DNA from: a virus
Lineage: Duplodnaviria > Caudoviricetes
Strand: one strand, 5' to 3'
DNA length: 41,169 nucleotides
IMG/VR virus record: IMGVR_UViG_3300020045_006652
Coordinates: 1 to 41,169 of that record
Shown here: positions 35,696 through 41,169 of the stretch, in pieces
Numbering within the stretch: the stretch's first letter is position 1
Layout of the letters: each line of letters opens with the position of its first letter
The notes under the pieces: model-generated
What the model saw: the letters and a program-made list of their open reading frames with translations, nothing else
Database searches by the model: none
What the model was told of the DNA's origin: nothing
Translations under genes and position numbers: made by a program

Positions 35696-35851
35696 CTAGT
35701 ATGGTAAATCTGGTTCAATTTCTGGTAGCTCGACTATCTTCATACAAGACTTAACTTCTTCGTAAGTCAGCCCGGTGACGTCTATCACCACATCAATCGG
35801 CGTTAATCCTTCCGGATTATCACTACAAAATCCTTCTACAAATTCTTCCAT
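35696..35851 (-). CDS. Small acidic protein (51 aa, not in ORF track)
   Basis: MEEFVEGFCSDNPEGLTPIDVVIDVTGLTYEEVKSCMKIVELPEIEPDLPY. Confidence 0.5.
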   Translation of the reverse strand: MEEFVEGFCSDNPEGLTPIDVVIDVTGLTYEEVKSCMKIVELPEIEPDLPY

Positions 35852-35865
35852 AGTTCCTAGTCTCT

Positions 35866-36150
35866 TTAAATTGGAATTGATTTTATAAGCATCACTTTGG
35901 TGTCATGAATCTCTTGCTTTGTTACATGCTTGAGCATTTCACTTTCGCCGTAAAGCTTTCGTTCCTCCATTGATAGTTTGCGGTATTCCCATGACTCTTC
36001 ATCGTAAGCACTCTTCCATGTTCTTTTACCTTTTTGGCATGTATAAACATCGTAAAACCATTGAGCGGAATCGCCATGATATAACAATAGTCGAACCTTT
36101 ATCATTACCCTGTCGCCATTTTCTCTCTTCAGTATTCTTTCAAAAGTCAT
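35866..36150 (-). CDS. Hypothetical protein
   Basis: 94 aa ORF in operon. Confidence 0.6.
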   Translation of the reverse strand: MTFERILKRENGDRVMIKVRLLLYHGDSAQWFYDVYTCQKGKRTWKSAYDEESWEYRKLSMEERKLYGESEMLKHVTKQEIHDTKVMLIKSIPI

Positions 36151-36177
36151 AGTTATATCTGTTTAGTTAACCTTTAT

Positions 36178-36507
36178 TCAAAAAGGCCAATTTTCTGAAT
36201 GATCTATTTTATATTCATCACACTTAAGAGGCATTCTTTCTGTGTGCCCAAGGCATCCGTGATTGATTTTTTCTGCCTTGAATGAATGTAGTTCCTTATC
36301 TAGTTTGGTGCATGTAAATGTTTTCTCAGTGTATCCTAAATCAGTTTTATTACGGTCAACCATCAGGAATGCACAAGACAAACAAGCGTGATGATTAGCA
36401 GGATTATGACCGCAATACTTTTCGTGTTTCTCACAGGCATGCTTTCTAAGATAATGCCTCCTTTTGCAGTACTGGCACTTATAAACTTTTTGAAGTGTCT
36501 CGATCAT
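36178..36507 (-). CDS. Zinc-finger protein
   Basis: YKCQYC..HEKYC..NP..C..C..C. Confidence 0.7.
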   Translation of the reverse strand: MIETLQKVYKCQYCKRRHYLRKHACEKHEKYCGHNPANHHACLSCAFLMVDRNKTDLGYTEKTFTCTKLDKELHSFKAEKINHGCLGHTERMPLKCDEYKIDHSENWPF

Positions 36508-36513
36508 ATTATA

Positions 36514-37338
36514 TCATCTGTTTAGTTCTAGCCATTCATCAAAAGTCGGCATACCTGGTTTTGGTTTACCGGTGTAGAGGTCGCAGCACTCACGGCCGTA
36601 TTGTACCTTAAGGTCGATCATCTTTCCGTACTCAAATGGTGTAGATGGGTAATCGTTGTGCTTCGGTTTTGCTTGGCCCTCTTCCTTGATCTGCTCATCA
36701 GTCATACCAACAAGCTTTCGGCGAAGCATGTCGGTCTTCGGAGTTGTTCTGTTTTTGATACCGGATTTTCTTTCCTCTTCCTCTGTGTATGCAATAGAAT
36801 CCTTCCAAAGCTGCAAGTAATCCTTTTCGGCCTTAACAAACGAGTTGTGTACTTGGTCCTTCTCGCTCATTAGGTTGCGTTCTAAGACCTCATATTTTTG
36901 TTCAAGGTATTTATCCATCCATCCGAAGATAACAGCGCCATCGAGCCGGTAGATAGTCGCATTGCCATCCTGATCTTTAAATTCTCCCATACGGGCCTTT
37001 CGTAGAACGATCATGAAGTCTTCAAGGCTTTCATTGGGGTACTTGTACAGCAAGTCTTCAACAATCGGAGAAATCTGTGAATCTGAAAGTGTCCACTTGA
37101 GGTTAAGACTTTTCACAAACGCGGTCAGGTGAAGATCAAGAGTAGCTTTTATTGCTTTAAACTCGACTGATTGCTTAAGAATTGAAATAGGCTGCGCGTT
37201 ATCCACGATCTTTTCTATCGTCAATGAGCGTATGAACTTATCTGAAAGTTCCTTAGTCGTTAGTGTAGCTATTAAGCCTGTCGCGTGTTCCTTCCGCTGT
37301 AATGCCGCTGCTTCCGTTTTTGTAAGTCCCTTTTCCAT
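36514..37338 (-). CDS. Replication-associated protein (possible helicase loader)
   Basis: Directly downstream of the initiator; LEDFMIVLRKARMGEF..IYRLDGAVIFGWM..Y. Confidence 0.55.
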   Translation of the reverse strand: MEKGLTKTEAAALQRKEHATGLIATLTTKELSDKFIRSLTIEKIVDNAQPISILKQSVEFKAIKATLDLHLTAFVKSLNLKWTLSDSQISPIVEDLLYKYPNESLEDFMIVLRKARMGEFKDQDGNATIYRLDGAVIFGWMDKYLEQKYEVLERNLMSEKDQVHNSFVKAEKDYLQLWKDSIAYTEEEERKSGIKNRTTPKTDMLRRKLVGMTDEQIKEEGQAKPKHNDYPSTPFEYGKMIDLKVQYGRECCDLYTGKPKPGMPTFDEWLELNR

Positions 37339-37981
37339 TTGCGTTCATGTTTGTCAACCAAGTATTCAGTTTTTGTCTCCACTGCCATCCAAACTCTGGC
37401 GGGTTTGGCTTTTGTGAGAAGTGGATCCAACATTCATCAAATGCCTGCTGAAGATTCTTCCCTTTGTGTGTGATTGAAAGGTCAGTTATGAAAACCTGAT
37501 CAGTGAAAATCGACTCGAAAATTTCGATTTTTGAAATCTCCTTATCTGTATTATTATTTTCATATTCATATTCATATTCATATTCAGGCTTTTGCTCTCT
37601 TTTTGCTTTGGCTTTTGCTTCAGCAAATTCCTTTTCCTTCTTTGCCTCAACACCGTTTTTACCAGCTTCAGAGCGCTTTTTAGAAATTTCAGCATCGCGC
37701 TTCATTTTTCTACTTGTTATTTTAAGCTCACCTGTCGGTAGCAAATCAAAATCAGCAGTCCTTTTTTGCTTAAGCAAATCTAAAGCAAATTGAGCTTCGG
37801 ATCTATCACAACTCATTAGCCGCGCAAAGTCTTCGATGCTCCCTATAATCTCGCCACGTACAGGGGCGTCCCACATAAACAGTATTAAATCAACCCATGC
37901 ACCCCTAACGGCAAGCGGTAATATCCTAGTGTCTTTTAGGTAGTCTCCAACATAGAACGGTATGTATGGCTGCTTACCCAT
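37253..37981 (-). CDS. Replication initiator, DUF1376/YdaU-like
   Basis: PYIPFYVGDYLKDT..L....GAWVDLILFMW; RSEAGKNG; EYEYEYE linker; W..KLNTW C-terminus. Confidence 0.8.
   Translation of the reverse strand: MGKQPYIPFYVGDYLKDTRILPLAVRGAWVDLILFMWDAPVRGEIIGSIEDFARLMSCDRSEAQFALDLLKQKRTADFDLLPTGELKITSRKMKRDAEISKKRSEAGKNGVEAKKEKEFAEAKAKAKREQKPEYEYEYEYENNNTDKEISKIEIFESIFTDQVFITDLSITHKGKNLQQAFDECWIHFSQKPNPPEFGWQWRQKLNTWLTNMNANGKGTYKNGSSGITAEGTRDRLNSYTND
37559..37789. repeat. Candidate replication origin: (TTCATA)4 tandem plus eight TTTGCT/AGCAAA motifs
   Basis: Motifs at 37591, 37602, 37614, 37622, 37740, 37765, 37773, 37784 inside the initiator gene. Confidence 0.5.
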
Positions 37982-38276
37982 TTTTATTTATTTCGTTTTG
38001 TAAAATATCAATGAATACAGACTGAATACTTTGAGCCTGAAATGATCTTGAGTGTTGTGTTAACTTTCCATGAGTAACTTCGTGGCACTTTCTGCAAAGC
38101 GTTATCAATGCATCCAATGGATATTCCCAGGCCATCTTACCTGATATATAATATTTATGATGCACCTGAAGATTAAAGTCTGATCCGCATCTCGTGCAGC
38201 AGTTGTTATCCCTGATTAGGATAACTTTTCTGGTAAGCCACCATCTTCTATCTCTTAATTGTTGTTCGTAAGTCAT
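37974..38276 (-). CDS. HNH endonuclease
   Basis: RDNNCCTRCG..LQVHH..Y..WEY...LITLCRKCH; start moved to 38276. Confidence 0.85.
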   Translation of the reverse strand: MTYEQQLRDRRWWLTRKVILIRDNNCCTRCGSDFNLQVHHKYYISGKMAWEYPLDALITLCRKCHEVTHGKLTQHSRSFQAQSIQSVFIDILQNEINKNG

Positions 38277-38280
38277 TATA

Positions 38281-38646
38281 TTAGCCACGATTTCTAGGTT
38301 TAGGTACAACCATCTTGACTACCGCGTAGAACTCCGAAAAATCACAAGCTTCGAGAATGTATTTTATTTCGCACTTGTTGCATGTGAACTTATGCGTTTC
38401 AAGTTCGTTGTTTTCTTCGTACGTGAATTTTAATTCTGTACGCTTACCACATATACACTGGAACGAGTAAGATACATGTTCGATCTCTCCATCAATATCC
38501 TTATCATACCATCCACGAAGTAAACGGCCTTCAGTACGAAGATCCTGAACTCGTTCAAGTAACTTTATCTGTTCTTTGTTACCGAACTCAAGCGGTACGT
38601 TATTACCATCTTGATCATAAAATTTTCCTTGCTTTAGTGTTAGCAT
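38281..38646 (-). CDS. Hypothetical zinc-binding protein
   Basis: CICG..CNKC; start moved to 38646, downstream of the leader terminator. Confidence 0.6.
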   Translation of the reverse strand: MLTLKQGKFYDQDGNNVPLEFGNKEQIKLLERVQDLRTEGRLLRGWYDKDIDGEIEHVSYSFQCICGKRTELKFTYEENNELETHKFTCNKCEIKYILEACDFSEFYAVVKMVVPKPRNRG

Positions 38647-38652
38647 AAAAAC

Positions 38653-38765
38653 AAAAAAGCCGCGTTCCCTGAGCAAGAAGAAACGACGGCTTTTTAAGGT
38701 TGAGTCACCTAAACCTGTTCACTCGTCTTGCTCCACGAAAAAACAGGCTACCCGATTGGGTACTT
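38653..38765 (-). promoter_or_regulatory. Structured 5' leader ending in an intrinsic terminator (candidate attenuator)
   Basis: Four hairpins; loop GAGCAAGA complementary to terminator loop TCTTGCTC. Confidence 0.6.
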
Positions 38766-38797
38766 CAAATGTACTACACTACCCAGACACAGCCAAA
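38766..38797 (-). promoter_or_regulatory. Bacteroidota promoter of the replication operon
   Basis: TTTG-N20-TACATTTG. Confidence 0.75.
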
Positions 38798-38988
38798 GGA
38801 GTGAGAGTTTTATTTTTCCTTTTGTGGTACTGCCTTAATTTCTGTGCAGCGTAACACTTCCGGCACATTGAGAATCGAAGCGTCCGTGTTCGATCTTTGT
38901 ACTTTGCTGTACGAATTACCAGGTAAAGCGGATCTCCGCAGTCATGCGTTCCTATTCGCTCGTATTCACGTGTTCGTTTCGCGCCCAT
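38779..38988 (-). CDS. Small basic Cys-containing protein
   Basis: Start moved to 38988 (MGAKRT); HDCG..CRKC. Confidence 0.5.
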   Translation of the reverse strand: MGAKRTREYERIGTHDCGDPLYLVIRTAKYKDRTRTLRFSMCRKCYAAQKLRQYHKRKNKTLTPLAVSG

Positions 38989-39427
38989 CCTTTTTTGTTT
39001 TAAATCGTTCTTTTTTACACATTGAGCATAATGAAGCGTAGTATACATCTCCGTTCGGTCTTTTCATTGGATACATCACCCGTGGGATTCTATGCTTTTT
39101 GCAAGTCATTGCCGATACATTATAGCCTTTCAATGCCGTAACATTGTTGAGGATTATGATACCGCTGTAGATCTTGTTCAAAGCCATTCCATAATGCGCA
39201 AGAGTTTGCTTCACGTACTCGCTTTCGGATGTTCTTATAGCGTGCTTTACGCGATCAATTTCCGACTTTAAAAGTTGATCTTGCTTGTTACCGTAATGCC
39301 TTACGGTGTCTGCCGTTACTTCTATTGGCGTCTTTTCTTGGTGCTTCGGCTCCCATTGATAGCTGTACTGTTTCTTCGTTTTGACCGGGCATGTGTCTAC
39401 CTTGTGTCTAAGTCTCGCGGGCTTCAT
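38966..39427 (-). CDS. Hypothetical protein with C-terminal zinc-finger-like motif
   Basis: CKKH..CSMC. Confidence 0.55.
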   Translation of the reverse strand: MKPARLRHKVDTCPVKTKKQYSYQWEPKHQEKTPIEVTADTVRHYGNKQDQLLKSEIDRVKHAIRTSESEYVKQTLAHYGMALNKIYSGIIILNNVTALKGYNVSAMTCKKHRIPRVMYPMKRPNGDVYYASLCSMCKKERFKTKKDGRETNT

Positions 39428-39696
39428 GGCTCGATGAGTTCAGCGTTAAGAATCTCTGTGAGTTCTGAAATGTCCACAACAGGACGAAAGTATTTCGCGC
39501 AATAAGCGTTTCCAAATCCATCATCGTATTCTTTGAAGGCAATCCACCACTTATTTTTTAATGGTTTTCCTTGTCTATTTCTCCTGAAGAATCCAAAGTT
39601 TGATACTGTTACTATTTCATTTTTTTTAGGTCCAAATCCTTCATCCCACCTAACATTGGCGATACATACTGCTTGCTTTCCTATTTCGAATCTCAT
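39424..39696 (-). CDS. Hypothetical protein (SH3-like pattern)
   Basis: FEIGKQAVCI..GPKKNEIVTV..YFRP. Confidence 0.65.
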   Translation of the reverse strand: MRFEIGKQAVCIANVRWDEGFGPKKNEIVTVSNFGFFRRNRQGKPLKNKWWIAFKEYDDGFGNAYCAKYFRPVVDISELTEILNAELIEP

Positions 39697-39863
39697 AAAA
39701 TTGATTTAAGCATGTTAATTATCTTGGGAATAGCCAGCCAAAACGCAATGCATAACACTACCGCTATAGACTTCCAAACGATACCCGTGGCACGTTTAGC
39801 CCTTCGACGTTCCTGTATAGACAGGCTATAGTCTTTTCTTTCGTGTTCGGTTAGCTTGCACAT
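39693..39863 (-). CDS. Small single-TM protein (56 aa, not in ORF track)
   Basis: MCKLTEHERKDYSLSIQERRRAKRATGIVWKSIAVVLCIAFWLAIPKIINMLKSIL; ATGA overlap. Confidence 0.55.
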   Translation of the reverse strand: MCKLTEHERKDYSLSIQERRRAKRATGIVWKSIAVVLCIAFWLAIPKIINMLKSIL

Positions 39864-39866
39864 ATG

Positions 39867-40313
39867 TTAATCATTTGATGATGAACTGTCGTAGCTTGAT
39901 GATCCGCTATCAGATGATCCCCATGAGTCTGTTGAACCACCTCCTCCAAAGTCACCGCCACCTCCATAATCATGAGGGGTTGAATGACTGCTGCTTTCTC
40001 TTGAAAAATCAGTAATAGATTCGATTATACTTGTACCTCCATCTGAAAAATATGATGTGCCTGAATTATTTGAAGGAGTATCGACATATGAATCCGGACG
40101 CCTTTTAACATATGGAGAAGAGTAATTGCCTACATTGTTCTTTAGAGTAGACAAATAGTGTCTGTCTGTGCTTTTCCTGAACGAATCTTTATTCGTTTCG
40201 ATAATTTTAGCGCATGGTTTTGGTAATGGCTCTGTGCCCTTGTAGCATTTGTATATCATATACAGGCAAAACGAAACGCAAATCAGTACGATGATTATAA
40301 TTGCTGTTATCAT
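39867..40313 (-). CDS. Membrane-anchored protein with Gly/Ser-rich tail
   Basis: N-terminal TM; YGGGGDFGGGGSTDSW. Confidence 0.65.
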   Translation of the reverse strand: MITAIIIIVLICVSFCLYMIYKCYKGTEPLPKPCAKIIETNKDSFRKSTDRHYLSTLKNNVGNYSSPYVKRRPDSYVDTPSNNSGTSYFSDGGTSIIESITDFSRESSSHSTPHDYGGGGDFGGGGSTDSWGSSDSGSSSYDSSSSND

Positions 40314-40320
40314 GTGAGTG

Positions 40321-40695
40321 TTATTGTTTTAGTTTGAGTTCTTTCCCGGTCAGTGCGAAGTAGAGGTTTTGGAGCTGGTGAACGTACTTTAAGTACCAAA
40401 CTATTATATCATTTCTTCTTTTGCCATAAGCAATTCGCCAAATTCCTGTTTCATTTCCGTTTGTTAAGACCCAATTACCATCTGTATACCCCTGCCAATA
40501 TATATCCCAATCTATACCAAACCTTGTCAGCCATTCCTCTGTAAGCGGTATGCCGTATTCATCGCCATCATCAAATGAAATTTTATAGATTCCTAACGCT
40601 CCAGCGTGTACAATATCGTCACTGATAGAATCAACCTTGAACACATCACCATCGCTTGTGATATAATTTCCTAGTCTCAATTCTGATGCTTTCAT
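40321..40695 (-). CDS. Conserved Bacteroidota phage hypothetical protein
   Basis: MKASELRLGNY..GIPLTEEWL.RFG..YVHQLQNLYFALTGKEL; start moved to 40695. Confidence 0.75.
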   Translation of the reverse strand: MKASELRLGNYITSDGDVFKVDSISDDIVHAGALGIYKISFDDGDEYGIPLTEEWLTRFGIDWDIYWQGYTDGNWVLTNGNETGIWRIAYGKRRNDIIVWYLKYVHQLQNLYFALTGKELKLKQ

Positions 40696-40700
40696 GTGTT

Positions 40701-40979
40701 TTATTTTTTGTAGTACGTCAGAAAGCAGTACAATCCGTAGGTAATAACTGTCACTACTAAAATAATAGTAGACGAGAATATGCAAACTGCATTTACGTTT
40801 CTTTCAAACTTGTAGTCATCATTATAACGACGTATTAAAGCCTGATATTTTACCTTCAGCTTGTAGTCCCAACCGAATGTAGGGCCATTGACGTTTTTCC
40901 TGTATCCATCGGTTCCAAACTTTTTACAGTTATTCCTACCGATAAATGTGCGATCTTCGAATTTCATGTCTGATTTCAT
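40701..40979 (-). CDS. Hypothetical protein with C-terminal TM
   Basis: ATGA overlap with the junction-spanning HTH gene. Confidence 0.55.
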   Translation of the reverse strand: MKSDMKFEDRTFIGRNNCKKFGTDGYRKNVNGPTFGWDYKLKVKYQALIRRYNDDYKFERNVNAVCIFSSTIILVVTVITYGLYCFLTYYKK

Positions 40980-41169
40980 CTCATTGAATATTTAGCGTAC
41001 TGTTTACCGTCTTTTGTTCTGACTATTTCAGTCTTTATTTTGTATCCCCGCTTACGTAAGCGATGAATGTAGCTACTCAAGCGCCAGCAGTCCCAACGAG
41101 AAACAGCGATGCGAGGCGTTACGAACTTACCGAGCAACATGTAGTTGCGTATCTTTGGAAGGAATTGGA
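40976..41169 (-). CDS. Winged helix-turn-helix protein, C-terminal part of the junction-spanning ORF
   Basis: Same ORF as 1-137; stop at 40976-40978. Confidence 0.75.
   Translation of the reverse strand, partial: QFLPKIRNYMLLGKFVTPRIAVSRWDCWRLSSYIHRLRKRGYKIKTEIVRTKDGKQYAKYSMR
41049..41169. repeat. Terminal direct repeat, copy 2
   Basis: Identical to 1-121. Confidence 0.95.

Noticed and set aside
1-41169. CRISPR array or mini-array
   Set aside because: No regularly spaced 25-45 nt repeats seen in any intergenic region

Overview
The window is an apparently complete, circular, tailed dsDNA phage genome of 41,048 bp. Bases 1-121 are repeated at 41049-41169, and a helix-turn-helix ORF reads through the junction. 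The host is most likely Bacteroidota: several promoters fit TTTG-N19-21-TAnnTTTG, starts are AT-rich without Shine-Dalgarno motifs, signal peptides are followed by Gln, and one tail protein has BACON-like domains. A divergent promoter pair at 3623-3726 splits the genome into two arms. The minus-strand arm carries a RecE-like exonuclease, a putative annealing protein, an HNH nuclease, a DUF1376-type initiator, a methyltransferase-like gene and many small ORFs. The plus-strand arm carries small ORFs, TerS/TerL, portal, HK97-type protease and capsid, neck, tail tube, tape measure, tail tip, fibres and a GH19 endolysin. No sheath, integrase, CI-type repressor or DNA polymerase was recognised. Four signals stand out. 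(1) Five genes in the virion region (a decoration-like protein, a modular tail fibre, an SGNH/LamG protein, a beta-helix protein and an alpha/beta hydrolase) carry Sec-type signal peptides, suggesting periplasm-staged appendages or a lysis payload. (2) A promoter-driven 124-nt tRNA-Leu-like RNA with a much elongated anticodon arm heads the packaging operon. (3) A roughly 200-nt, ATG-free structured RNA with its own promoter and terminator converges on the endolysin gene. (4) A kissing-loop attenuator-like leader precedes the replication operon. All family assignments are by motif recognition by eye; no searches were run.
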